A stretch of DNA of 64,000 bases from contig CBDIIB010000005.1 in assembly GCA_965279525.1 (NCBI GenBank), forward strand, positions 1,792,001 through 1,856,000, read 5' to 3'. The notes below the pieces were generated by a model. The model made no database searches and was not told the origin of the DNA. It was given only the letters and a program-made list of their open reading frames with translations. The translations under genes were made by a program, and so were the position numbers. Origin of the DNA: Tagaea sp. GTDB lineage: Bacteria; Pseudomonadota; Alphaproteobacteria; CACIAM-22H2. Positions 19,029 through 28,333 of the stretch are shown piece by piece (the first letter of the stretch is position 1; each line of letters starts with the position of its first letter).

Positions 19029-19040
19029 CGAAACGGCAAC

Positions 19041-19072
19041 CCGGCGGGCGCGATCGCGTCCGCCGGACTTTC
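19041..19072 (+). terminator. Strong hairpin between head and tail genes (probable leaky terminator)
   Basis: CCGGCGGGCGCG-AT-CGCGTCCGCCGG followed by ACTTTCCCTT. Confidence 0.55.
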
Positions 19073-19092
19073 CCTTGTCCGGAGAATCCGCA

Positions 19093-19662
19093 ATGGCCCT
19101 CACGTCCATCGCCTTGTGCGCGCGCGCCCTCGTCAAGCTCGGTGCCCGCTCGATCGCCTCGTTCGACGAAGGCACGGCCGAGGCGGAAGTCGCCGCCGTG
19201 CTCTATCCATCCGTGCGCGACGGCCTGCTGTCCGCCCATCCGTGGAGCTTCGCGACCGGCCAGGCCACGCTTGCGCGCCTTGCGCGCGATCCCGTCGCCG
19301 ACCACGCCTTCGCCTACCAGCTTCCGGCCGATTTCCTGCGCGCTTTGTCGCTGGGGACGGGCACGCGCGGCCGCGGGACCGAATACCGGATCGTGGAATC
19401 CACGCTCCACTGCGATGCCGACCAGGTCGTGCTGTCCTACGTGTTCCGGCCCGACGAGACCGGCTTCCCGCCCTTCTTCGACACGCTGCTGATCGCCACG
19501 CTGGCGGCCGAGTTCTGCCTGCCGGTGACGGAAAGCACCAGCCGCGCCGAACTGCTGCGCCGCGTGGCCGAGGGCGAGTTCCGGCGCGCGCGCCTGATCG
19601 ACGCCCAGCAGGACACGCCCCAGCGCATCGAGGACTTCACGCTGGTGGAGGCCCGCCGATGA
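19093..19662 (+). CDS. Tail tubular protein A / adaptor (T7 gp11-like)
   Basis: 189 aa; ICxxAL-like start (LCARALVKLG..I.SFDE), HPWSFA, YQLPADFLR motifs. Confidence 0.82.
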   Translation: MALTSIALCARALVKLGARSIASFDEGTAEAEVAAVLYPSVRDGLLSAHPWSFATGQATLARLARDPVADHAFAYQLPADFLRALSLGTGTRGRGTEYRIVESTLHCDADQVVLSYVFRPDETGFPPFFDTLLIATLAAEFCLPVTESTSRAELLRRVAEGEFRRARLIDAQQDTPQRIEDFTLVEARR

Positions 19663-21566
19663 GCGTCGTGCGCATCGCCAAGACGAGCTTCGCCTCGGGC
19701 GAGATCGGACCGGCCATGCTGGGCCGCGTGGACCTGCGCGCGTTCGAGAACGGGGCGCGCACGTTGCGCAACGTCATCGTGCAGCCGTCGGGCGGCGTGA
19801 CGCGCCGGCCGGGGCTGGCGCATGTCGCCACGCTGCCGGGCCCGGCCCGGCTGGTCGCGTTCGAGTTCAACACCGAGCAGGCCTATCTGCTGGCCCTCCT
19901 CGACGGGGAGATGCGCGTCTATCGCGAGGGCGTGCAGGTGGCGAGCCTCGCCACACCGTGGACGGGCGCGCAGATCGGCCAGGTCGCGTGGACGCAGAGT
20001 GCGGACACGCTGCTCGTCGTGCATCCCGACGTGCCGCCGCGGCGCATCACGCGCACGTCGCACGCGGCGTGGACGATCGAGCCGTGGGCCTTTTTCGAGG
20101 ACAAGGGTGTGCGCCACCAGCCCTACCACAAGTTCGCCGCGACCGACGTCACACTCCAGCCGAGCGGAACGTCGGGCTCCGTGACGCTGACGGCGTCGGC
20201 CGACGCGTTCGTCGCCGGCCATGTCGGCGAGAAGCTGCGCGTCCAGCAGAAGGAGCTGACGGTCACCGCCGTGACGGGTCCGCGCAGCGCCACCGCCACC
20301 CTCGCGACCGACCAGACGCTGCCCGACACGAGCGCGACGCGCGACTGGGAGGAGGCGGCGTTTTCCGCCATCCGCGGCTGGCCGGTATCGGTCACGTTCC
20401 ACCAGGACCGGCTCGTCGTCGGCGGTTCGCGCGACCTGCCCAACCGGCTGTGGCTGTCGAAATCGGGCGACCTGTTCAATTTCGATCTGGGCACGGGTCT
20501 GGACGACGAGGCGATCGAGTTCGCGCTGCTGTCCGACCAGGTCAACGCGATCCGCCACGTCTTCTCGGGTCGCCACCTGCAGGTCTTCACGTCGGGGGCC
20601 GAATGGATGGTGACGGGCGAGCCGCTGACGCCCGAGAACGTCCAGCTCGACCGGCAGACGCGCATCGGCAGTCCGACGGACCGTTCGGTACGGCCGCGCG
20701 ACGTGGATGGTGCGACGCTATTCGTCGGGCGCGGCGGACATGATCTTCGCGAGTTCCTGTTCGCCGATGGCGAGCAGGCCTATCAGGCGACGGATCTGGC
20801 GTTGCTTGCCCCGCATCTGGTGCGCGATCCCGTCGCCATCGAGTACGACCCGGACGACCGGCTGCTGCACGTCGTCAATGCCGACGGCACGCTTGCCACG
20901 CTGACGGTCTATCGCGCCGAGCAGGTGACCGCGTGGGCGTTGCAGACGACGCTCGGGTACTTCCGTTCGGTCGCGACGGTGTCGGACGAGACCTATCTTG
21001 CGGTCGAGCGCACGGGCATCTGGTCGGTCGAACGCTTCGACCGGTCCTTCGCGACCGACGCTGCCGTGCGGCTTGAGCCGCCGCAGAACGCCACGCAGTG
21101 GACGGGCCTTGCGCATCTCGACGCCAAGAAAGTCGAACTCGTCGGCGACGGCGTGCCGCTGGGCACCGGCATCCCGATCGGCGGCACACTTGACGTACGG
21201 GCACCCGTCGCGTCGCTCGAAGCGGGCCTCGCATTCGCCGCCGTGATCGAACCTCTGCCGCCCACGCTTGCCGCGGCCGGCGGGGCGAGCCCGCGCAGCG
21301 TGCGCCTGATCGAGGCCGCGTTCCGCCTGCTGGAGGCGCGCCAGATGCGCATCGACACCGGCGGCGGTGCCGTCGACGTGCCGTTCCGCCGCTTCGCCGC
21401 CGGCAGCACCCTCGACCAGCCCGTCGCCGGCTTCACCGGCGAGAAACGCGTGCGCGCGTTGGGCTGGAAGCGGGCCGGCATCGACGCGCTGTGGCGCATC
21501 GAACTGCCGGCACCGCTGCCTTTCACGCTGCTTTCCGTAACCCACGAACTGAAGGTGAATGACTGA
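19659..21566 (+). CDS. Tail tubular protein B / nozzle (T7 gp12-like)
   Basis: 635 aa; SFASGEI...R.D...NVIVQPSGGVTRRPG, QSAD, GWP..VTFHQDRL, WLSKSGD.FNF motifs; ATGA coupling. Confidence 0.82.
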   Translation: MSVVRIAKTSFASGEIGPAMLGRVDLRAFENGARTLRNVIVQPSGGVTRRPGLAHVATLPGPARLVAFEFNTEQAYLLALLDGEMRVYREGVQVASLATPWTGAQIGQVAWTQSADTLLVVHPDVPPRRITRTSHAAWTIEPWAFFEDKGVRHQPYHKFAATDVTLQPSGTSGSVTLTASADAFVAGHVGEKLRVQQKELTVTAVTGPRSATATLATDQTLPDTSATRDWEEAAFSAIRGWPVSVTFHQDRLVVGGSRDLPNRLWLSKSGDLFNFDLGTGLDDEAIEFALLSDQVNAIRHVFSGRHLQVFTSGAEWMVTGEPLTPENVQLDRQTRIGSPTDRSVRPRDVDGATLFVGRGGHDLREFLFADGEQAYQATDLALLAPHLVRDPVAIEYDPDDRLLHVVNADGTLATLTVYRAEQVTAWALQTTLGYFRSVATVSDETYLAVERTGIWSVERFDRSFATDAAVRLEPPQNATQWTGLAHLDAKKVELVGDGVPLGTGIPIGGTLDVRAPVASLEAGLAFAAVIEPLPPTLAAAGGASPRSVRLIEAAFRLLEARQMRIDTGGGAVDVPFRRFAAGSTLDQPVAGFTGEKRVRALGWKRAGIDALWRIELPAPLPFTLLSVTHELKVND

Positions 21567-22126
21567 TGGGTGGTTTCGCTCCGACCGATCCGGTCACGGC
21601 CGGGATCGCAGGCGTCAGCCTGCTCCACGGCATCGCTAGCTCGGGTGCTGCCGCATCCCACGCGCAGGCGCAAGCCGCCGCACAGGCGCAGGCCATGCAG
21701 GTGCAGGCCGAACGCCAGCGCCAGCTGCTCGAGCGCCAGTACGAGTCACAGACGCGCCAGCGCACCAACCTGCTCGAACGCGCGACCGCGAAGGCGCGCG
21801 TGTCGTTCGGTGCGCGCGGCATCTCGCCGACCGACGGTTCGGCGGGCGCCATGCTCGACGGCATCGAGACCGATTTCGGCATCGAGGAGGCCGAACGCTT
21901 CCAGGACTACACGATGCAGCGCGACGGGCTGGCGCACGGGCTGGCGGCCTCGCTCCAGCGCATCGACGGCATGCGCCAGGGCAACTTGCTCGCCGCGGAG
22001 TCCGACGTGCAGCGCCGGATCCTCGGCCTGCTGAGCTGGGGCGGCCGGACTTTCGGCCGAAGTGGCGGAAATCAGCGGGCGCCGACCGGTGATTTCCCCG
22101 TTGGCCCCTACGACAACTTCGTCTGA
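21566..22126 (+). CDS. Internal virion (ejection) protein-like, gp14-type
   Basis: 186 aa; Gly/Ala-rich hydrophobic N-terminus, Gln/Ala coiled coil, GARGI...GSA motif; position after nozzle. Confidence 0.6.
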   Translation: MGGFAPTDPVTAGIAGVSLLHGIASSGAAASHAQAQAAAQAQAMQVQAERQRQLLERQYESQTRQRTNLLERATAKARVSFGARGISPTDGSAGAMLDGIETDFGIEEAERFQDYTMQRDGLAHGLAASLQRIDGMRQGNLLAAESDVQRRILGLLSWGGRTFGRSGGNQRAPTGDFPVGPYDNFV

Positions 22127-22142
22127 CGCAAGGAGCACCCTC

Positions 22143-23894
22143 ATGAGCGAACACATCAAGATTGCCGCCCGTCCGCCGCGCAAGCGCTATCGCGCCGACG
22201 GCAGCCAGCGCGTCTTCGCCTTCGACTTCGCGGTCTTCCGGCCCGAAGACATCGAGATCGGCATCGACGGCGCGGTCCTTTCGGGCGGCTACACCGTCGC
22301 GGTCGGCACTGCCGGCAGCGGTGCCGTCACGCTCGACGTGGCACCGCCCGACGGTGCCGCCGTCGTCGTCCAGCGCCGCCTGCTGCTGCGCCGCGAGACG
22401 GATTTCCAGGAAGGCGGCGAGCTGCGCGCCAAGACGCTCAACGACGAACTCGATTTCCAGGCGGCCGCCCTCCAGCAGGTCGCGAGCGCGGTGGCGCGGT
22501 CGCTGCACCTGCCCGACGAAGATGCCGACGATGCCGCAACGCGCCTGCCGCGCGCCGGGCTGCGCGCACGCAAGGCGCTGGTGTTCGACATGGCCGGCAA
22601 TCCGGCCGTGTCGGCCGACATATATGTCGACCAGGCGGCGGCGTCGGCGGCGAGTGCCGACGCTGCCGCCGGATCGGCGACGGCGGCCGGCACGTCTTCC
22701 GCGTCCGCTTCGGCATCCGCTGGTGCAGCACTCGTGTCCGCCGATGCGGCGGCCGCATCGCAAGCACTTGCCGCAACGCATCTGGCCGGCACGACCATCC
22801 ACGCGGGCACGGCTGCCGCCGCCGCATCGGCCGTCGCCGTGCCGTGGACCCATGACGCATCGGTCGCGATCGACGATCCGGGTCCGGGACGCTTCCGCTT
22901 CGATGCGGCCGACCCGTCGGCGGCGGGCGCCATCGCGGTGTCGGCCCTTTCCGCCGATACCGGCGTGCCCGACGTCTCGGACTTCGTCGCGACGTGGGGG
23001 GCCAGCACCAACCCGGCGGTCAAGGGCACGCTGGTCTTGCGCAAGAGCGGCGCGCCGTCGACCTTCGCGGCGTTCGCGATCCAGTCGGTCGTCGATCACG
23101 GTGCCTGGCTTGCCGTCGCGGTCGCGCATGTCGCGTCGGGCGGAAGCTGGGCGGCGGGCGATCTGGCCCATTTCGGGTTCGCGCGCGCCGGTGACAAGGG
23201 CTTCGACGGGACCGGCACGGTCGTCAGCGTCGCGGCGGGCGACGGGTCGGTCGCGGTCGGCGGCACGCCGTTCGATCGCACCGTCGCCGTCGCCGCGAAC
23301 GGCGTGACGCTGGCCAAGCTCGCCCGAGAAGGATCGCCCGGACAGGTCCTCACGTCGAACGGGGCGGGTGCCGATCCCGCGTACCAGGCGCTGCCGGCGG
23401 GCGTGCCTGCGGGCACGGTCGTGCCCTATGCCGGGGCGAGCGAACCGGCGGGCTGGCTGTTCGCCGCCGGGCAGGCCGTGAGCCGGTCGGCGTTCGCAGC
23501 GCTTTTCGCGGCGATCGGCACGACGTTCGGCAGCGGCGACGGATCGACGACATTCAACCTGCCCGACCTGCGCGGGCGCGTGGCGGCCGGTCGCGACAAC
23601 ATGAACGGTACTTCCGCCAACCGCCTGACCGCCGGTGGTGCCGGCATCGCGGGCCTGACGCTTGGTGCGGCGGGCGGCAGCGAGACGCATGCGCTGACGG
23701 CCGCCCAGATGCCGGCGCATTCGCACAGCTACGTCGCCGGGGGCGGCGGCATGACGGTCGCGGGCTCCTTCGGCGGCACCGACACGACGGCCGGCACGCC
23801 GGGCAGCGGCAGCACGTCGGGAGCCGCGGGTTCGGGTGCGGCACATCCCAACGTGCAGCCCACGCTCGTCCTCAACCACATCGTCAAGACCTGA
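22143..23894 (+). CDS. Tail fibre protein with T7 gp17-like N-terminus and C-terminal tail-collar domain
   Basis: 583 aa; Y.ADG...FAFDF...LNDELD N-terminal anchor, Ala/Ser linker, PAGTVVPYAG...GWL...TTFNLPDLRGR collar motif. Confidence 0.87.
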   Translation: MSEHIKIAARPPRKRYRADGSQRVFAFDFAVFRPEDIEIGIDGAVLSGGYTVAVGTAGSGAVTLDVAPPDGAAVVVQRRLLLRRETDFQEGGELRAKTLNDELDFQAAALQQVASAVARSLHLPDEDADDAATRLPRAGLRARKALVFDMAGNPAVSADIYVDQAAASAASADAAAGSATAAGTSSASASASAGAALVSADAAAASQALAATHLAGTTIHAGTAAAAASAVAVPWTHDASVAIDDPGPGRFRFDAADPSAAGAIAVSALSADTGVPDVSDFVATWGASTNPAVKGTLVLRKSGAPSTFAAFAIQSVVDHGAWLAVAVAHVASGGSWAAGDLAHFGFARAGDKGFDGTGTVVSVAAGDGSVAVGGTPFDRTVAVAANGVTLAKLAREGSPGQVLTSNGAGADPAYQALPAGVPAGTVVPYAGASEPAGWLFAAGQAVSRSAFAALFAAIGTTFGSGDGSTTFNLPDLRGRVAAGRDNMNGTSANRLTAGGAGIAGLTLGAAGGSETHALTAAQMPAHSHSYVAGGGGMTVAGSFGGTDTTAGTPGSGSTSGAAGSGAAHPNVQPTLVLNHIVKT

Positions 23895-23896
23895 AC

Positions 23897-25411
23897 ATGA
23901 AAAAGAAACCCGCCTTGCCGCCGCCGGCACCGCCTGCCGTGCCCGGCTTTCCCGCATTCGTCAACGACTGGAACGCGCTGCAGGGGCAGGGCACGCCCGC
24001 GTTGCACGCGCGCATGGCCGGCTGGCTTGCCGATGCGCGGGCGTCGCGCGCGGCGGGCCTGGTCCTGCTCGCGTTCCGCTCGAGCGGCAAGTCGACGCTG
24101 ATCGGGCTGTTCTGCGCCTGGCTGCTGGCGCGCGATCCCGACCTGCGCGTGCTGGTGCTGGCGGCGGAAGAAGCGCTCGCGCGCAAGATGGTGCGCAACG
24201 TCAAGCGCATCGTCGAGCGGCACCCGGCGACGGCGGGCCTGAAGCCGGTGCGCGCCGACATGTGGGCTTCGGACCAGTTCGTCGTCGAGCGGCGGGCGGA
24301 ACTGCGCGACCCCTCGATGCTGGCGCGCGGGCTTGCGGGCAACATCACCGGCAGCCGCGCCGACGTGGTGATCTGCGACGACGTCGAGGTGCCCAACACC
24401 TGCGACACGCACGCCAAGCGCGTCGAGCTGCGCGAACGGCTGACCGAGATCGACTACGTGCTCGTTCCCGGCGGCCTGCAGCTCTATATCGGCACGCCGC
24501 ACAGCTACTATTCGATCTATGCGGCCGAGGCGCGTGCTGAAGCGGGCGAAAGCGTGCCGTTCCTCGACGGCTTCACGCGCCTGTCGATCCCGGTCGTGGC
24601 GCCCGACGGGACCTATGCGTGGCCCGAGCGGTTCGACCTCGCGCGTCTGGATGCGGTGCGCAAGCGCACCGGCCCGCAGAAGTTCCGCGCGCAGATGATG
24701 CTGGAGCCGGTCGCCGACGGTGCCTGCCGGCTCGATCCCGACCGCCTCGTCGCCTACGACTGGCCGCTCGATTATTCGGAAGGCAACGGGGCGCCGGTCC
24801 TTTCGATCGGCGGCAAGCAGATGGTATCGGCCGGCTGCTGGTGGGATCCGTCCTATGGCACCGCGGCGGGCGACAGCTCCGTCGTCGCGGTCGTGTTCGC
24901 CGACAAGGAAGGCCATTGCTATCTGCACGAGGTGAAGTACCTCGCCCTTCCCGCCGGCACGCGCCCCGAGGACGAGGCGAAGGCGTTCTGCCGCCAGGTC
25001 GCCGAGTTCGCCAGGCGCAACCACGTGCCGGTCGTTCGCGTGGAAACCAATGGCCTTGGCGGATTCCTGCCCGGGCTGTTGCGCGGGGAAATCCTCGCGG
25101 CGAAGGCGGGCTGCGGGGCGGTCGGCATCCACAACCGGATACCGAAGGTCCGCCGCATCCTCGACGCGTTCGACGCGCGTCTGGCCGCCGGCATGCTCCA
25201 CGCCCATCGCGGCGTGTGGGCGACACCCTTCGTTGCCGAGATGCGCGAGTGGCGTGCCGACCTCAGCGGCGTGCGCGACGACGGGCTCGACGCCGTGGCC
25301 GGCTGCCTTGCCGGCGAGCCGGTGCGCTTTCCTGCCGTCGCACGCGAAACGCCGCCCGATTGGCGGCCGGGTGCGGGCTCGCACAAGGCGCGCACCGAGT
25401 TCGAGATCTGA
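23897..25411 (+). CDS. Terminase large subunit (T7 gp19-like)
   Basis: 504 aa; Walker A AFRSSGKS, ITGSRAD-VVICDD Walker B, IGTP, nuclease WDPS ... ETN ... DDGLDA. Confidence 0.93.
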   Translation: MKKKPALPPPAPPAVPGFPAFVNDWNALQGQGTPALHARMAGWLADARASRAAGLVLLAFRSSGKSTLIGLFCAWLLARDPDLRVLVLAAEEALARKMVRNVKRIVERHPATAGLKPVRADMWASDQFVVERRAELRDPSMLARGLAGNITGSRADVVICDDVEVPNTCDTHAKRVELRERLTEIDYVLVPGGLQLYIGTPHSYYSIYAAEARAEAGESVPFLDGFTRLSIPVVAPDGTYAWPERFDLARLDAVRKRTGPQKFRAQMMLEPVADGACRLDPDRLVAYDWPLDYSEGNGAPVLSIGGKQMVSAGCWWDPSYGTAAGDSSVVAVVFADKEGHCYLHEVKYLALPAGTRPEDEAKAFCRQVAEFARRNHVPVVRVETNGLGGFLPGLLRGEILAAKAGCGAVGIHNRIPKVRRILDAFDARLAAGMLHAHRGVWATPFVAEMREWRADLSGVRDDGLDAVAGCLAGEPVRFPAVARETPPDWRPGAGSHKARTEFEI

Positions 25412-25431
25412 AACGAGGAGAGGGATCTGCA

Positions 25432-25725
25432 ATGGATATGTTCGAACTGACGCCCGGCCTTGCGATCGTCGCGGCCTCCGACGCGTCGAGCTTCGGCGCG
25501 ATCGCGTGGCTGTTCTGGAAGCGCCACCAGGACCAGGAACGCATGCTCGATCGGCTGCGCCAGGCCTGTCTCGACGAGACGCGCGACCTGCGCCATGCGC
25601 TTGCCGAGTTCAAGCTCGAGGTCGCGCGCGGCTACGCGTCGATCGGCTACATCAAGGATGTCGAGAACCGGCTGACGGCCCACCTGCTGCGCATCGAGGC
25701 GAAGCTCGACGGAGTGGGCGCATGA
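25432..25725 (+). CDS. Small membrane-anchored coiled-coil protein (lysis-module associated)
   Basis: 97 aa, GAGGAG RBS, hydrophobic N-terminus then FKLEVA..YAS...KDVE.RL..HLLRIE.KLD; ATGA overlap with holin. Confidence 0.6.
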   Translation: MDMFELTPGLAIVAASDASSFGAIAWLFWKRHQDQERMLDRLRQACLDETRDLRHALAEFKLEVARGYASIGYIKDVENRLTAHLLRIEAKLDGVGA

Positions 25726-26267
25726 TCCCGGCCCTGATCGCCCAGGTCGGTCTGCCGCTGCTCGTCCGGCTCGTGGGCGGTGCCTTGTCGCAGATCGACC
25801 ATCCGGCCGCGCGCGCGGCGGCGGACGCACTCGAGACGGCCGGCGGCACGCTGACGCAAGAGCAGGTCGCCGAGGCCAACCGCCATCTCGAGGCGATGGC
25901 GCGGCTCGAAAGCGAGGAAGGCCGCGAGACGATCCGCGAGGTCAACGCCTCGCTGCGCACCGAGGCCGCCAGCGAGGACGCCTATGTGCGGCGCATGCGG
26001 CCGACCTTCGGCTACGTGATGGCCGCGACGTGGGCCGCCCAGATGGGGGCGGTGGCGTGGATCGTCGTGCGCAAGCCGGGCGAGGCCGCCGCGGTGATCG
26101 AAGCACTTGGCGCCTTGTCGGTCGTCTGGTCGGTCGGGCTGTCGGTGCTGGGCGTCTATGTCTACAAGCGCTCGTCCGACAAGGCGGTGGCGTCGGGGGC
26201 GGTGGCGTCGGGAAGTCCGCGGCCGGGCCTGGTCGATGCGATCCGAGGGGCCGTCTTGCGGCGCTAG
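25722..26267 (+). CDS. 3TM-type holin (GTA_holin_3TM-like)
   Basis: 181 aa; [17 protein letters not shown] ... TM segments ... [12 protein letters not shown] matches the RP..G / LG...RS.DK pattern of this family. Confidence 0.78.
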   Translation: MIPALIAQVGLPLLVRLVGGALSQIDHPAARAAADALETAGGTLTQEQVAEANRHLEAMARLESEEGRETIREVNASLRTEAASEDAYVRRMRPTFGYVMAATWAAQMGAVAWIVVRKPGEAAAVIEALGALSVVWSVGLSVLGVYVYKRSSDKAVASGAVASGSPRPGLVDAIRGAVLRR

Positions 26268-27934
26268 GCCGCCCCGCCGCCGGCCGAGTTGCTCAGCAGG
26301 CGCTCGGAGATGCGCCGCAGGCCGCCGATGTTCTCGGTGACCGTCGCGAGCGACACGCGCACGCCGGCCGAGCTCGTGCTGACCGCGTCGATCTCGCGGC
26401 TGACGTTCTTGATCTTGGCGGAGACCTCGCGCGAGGCTTCGGCCGTCTGGGCGACGTTGCGCGCGATCTCCTGCGTGGCCGAGCCCTGTTCTTCCATCGC
26501 GGCGGCGATCGCGGTCGCGACCCCGTCGACCTCGCGGATGCGCTCGCCGATCTCGGCCACGGCCGCGACCGCGGCGTCCGTCGCCGTCTGGATCTCGCCG
26601 ACCTGGCGGTCGATGTCCTCGGTCGAGCGGCCGGTCTGGTTGGCGAGGTTCTTGACCTCCGATGCCACCACCGCGAAGCCCTTGCCGGCATCGCCCGCGC
26701 GCGCGGCCTCGATCGTGGCGTTCAGCGCCAGCAGGTTGGTGCGCCCGGCGATCTCGCCGATGAGCTTGCTCACCTCGGCGATCTTGCCCACGGCGTCGGA
26801 CAGCGAGCGGATCGTCGCCTGCGCGTTCTGGCCGCTCGACACGGCGCTCTTCGTCACGCTCGAGGCGCGCGCGACCTGGGTGGTGATCTCGTGGATCGAC
26901 GCCGAAAGTTCCTCGGCCGCGGACGAGACCGTCTGGACATTGACGAGCGCCTGCTCGGATGCCGCGGCGACCGCCTCGCTCTCGGCCAGCACCTCGCCGG
27001 CGAGCTTCGCCATGCCTTGTGCGGCCTCGTCGACGCTGCTCGTCGCGGCGGCGATGGAATCGACGGCGACCGCGGTTTCCTGGACGGTCGCGGTCATCTC
27101 GAGCATCCGGCGCTGGCGGCGCTCTTCGGACTGCGCCGCGGCCTTCGCGGCGTCGGCGCGCAGCCGCTCGTTCTCGACCGCGTTGTCCTTGAAGAACGAG
27201 ACCGCGGCCGCCATGTCGCCGACCTCGTCGGTCCGCCCGCTGCCGGGGATCCCGATGGCGACGTCGCCGGCGGCAAGCCGGCTCATCGCCGACGCCATGG
27301 CCCCGACCGGCCGGCCGATGTTGCGCGCAAGCAGGAGCCCGACGATCGCCGCGACGACGACCGTGAGGAGCGCCACCGCCGAAAGCGCCAGCACGACGTT
27401 GTCCACGCTGCGCGTGGCGTCCTGGCGGAAATAGTAGCCGTGCTCCTTCGCGGCCTCGTTGACGATCGTGATCCGCGTCTCGAGGGTCTTCAGCAGGGCG
27501 TCCTTCTCGGCCAGCAGGTTCCCGGGAACCTCGCCGCCGGCCGACGCATCGGCAAAGAGCCGCGTGCGCAACGCTTCCCACCGGGCGAGCGTCTCGCGGA
27601 CATTCGCGATCTGGGTGGCGCTGTCGGGGCCGACCGCCCGCTCCTCGACGATCGCGAGATCGTCGAGGAGGGCCGATTCCTGGCTCGTCACGGCCTCGAT
27701 GTCGGGCGGCGTGCCGTCGCGCCGCTGCTGGAGAGCCAGCGTCACCGCGAGGTCGAGCTTGGCGTAGTTCGTCATCGCCGACGCGGCGAAGTCGCTTGCC
27801 ATCAACGGCCCGTCATAGAGCGCCTCGGTGAGCGAGGCGGCCTTGCGCAGGCCGATGACGGCATAGCCGCCCATCGCCATCGTCATGACGATGACGATGG
27901 CGAGGCCGACAAGGATTTTTCCCCGGATACGCAT
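26264..27934 (-). CDS. Methyl-accepting chemotaxis protein
   Basis: Two TM helices, periplasmic four-helix domain, HAMP (DEVGDMA), [34 protein letters not shown] signalling hairpin. Confidence 0.95.
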   Translation of the reverse strand: MRIRGKILVGLAIVIVMTMAMGGYAVIGLRKAASLTEALYDGPLMASDFAASAMTNYAKLDLAVTLALQQRRDGTPPDIEAVTSQESALLDDLAIVEERAVGPDSATQIANVRETLARWEALRTRLFADASAGGEVPGNLLAEKDALLKTLETRITIVNEAAKEHGYYFRQDATRSVDNVVLALSAVALLTVVVAAIVGLLLARNIGRPVGAMASAMSRLAAGDVAIGIPGSGRTDEVGDMAAAVSFFKDNAVENERLRADAAKAAAQSEERRQRRMLEMTATVQETAVAVDSIAAATSSVDEAAQGMAKLAGEVLAESEAVAAASEQALVNVQTVSSAAEELSASIHEITTQVARASSVTKSAVSSGQNAQATIRSLSDAVGKIAEVSKLIGEIAGRTNLLALNATIEAARAGDAGKGFAVVASEVKNLANQTGRSTEDIDRQVGEIQTATDAAVAAVAEIGERIREVDGVATAIAAAMEEQGSATQEIARNVAQTAEASREVSAKIKNVSREIDAVSTSSAGVRVSLATVTENIGGLRRISERLLSNSAGGGAA

Positions 27935-27968
27935 TGCCGCGACTCCCGTATGTCGGGGAACGACCCGA

Positions 27969-28289
27969 TTACCTGACGGTCAGTTTCATCTTCATCTGCG
28001 GGTGGATGGCGCAACGCACCTCGCCCGTTCCTTCGCGGTCGAACTTGATGTCGCTCGACTCGCCGGGCTTCTGCACCTTCAGCTCGAAGGCGATGCCCGG
28101 CGACTGCGAATAGACATTGTGGGTGAACGGGTCGTCGTTCTTGAAGACGATGGTGTCGCCCTTGGCGATCGTCATCTCGGCGACGGCGAACTTCTTGTCG
28201 GCCTGGACGACGGTGCTGGTCGCCGCAAGCGCATAGCTGCTTGCGGCACCGGTGGCGATGGCGAGGACGGGCAACATGTAACGGCGCAT
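27969..28289 (-). CDS. Periplasmic cupredoxin (plastocyanin/amicyanin-like)
   Basis: 106 aa; signal peptide, HNV and C-x2-H-x2-M (CAIHPQM) type-1 copper ligands. Confidence 0.88.
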   Translation of the reverse strand: MRRYMLPVLAIATGAASSYALAATSTVVQADKKFAVAEMTIAKGDTIVFKNDDPFTHNVYSQSPGIAFELKVQKPGESSDIKFDREGTGEVRCAIHPQMKMKLTVR

Positions 28290-28333
28290 CTTGGTAGCTC
28301 CTTGGATTCGGGTCGACGTATCTTGTCGGGTTT

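Larger units (their letters stand above)
14608..26267 (+). mobile_element. Podovirus (T7-like) virion gene cluster lacking integration and replication genes; candidate domesticated GTA-like element
   Basis: 13 co-directional ORFs in T7-like structural order, several with ATGA/TGATG coupling; no integrase, polymerase, primase or att repeat seen. Confidence 0.85.

Noticed and set aside
14608-26267. Complete inducible prophage
   Set aside because: No integrase, excisionase, replication genes or att repeats seen; far smaller than a T7-like genome
14608-26267. Canonical RcGTA cluster or tailocin
   Set aside because: No HK97-type protease, tape measure, tail tube, sheath or baseplate genes; head and terminase are present and T7-like
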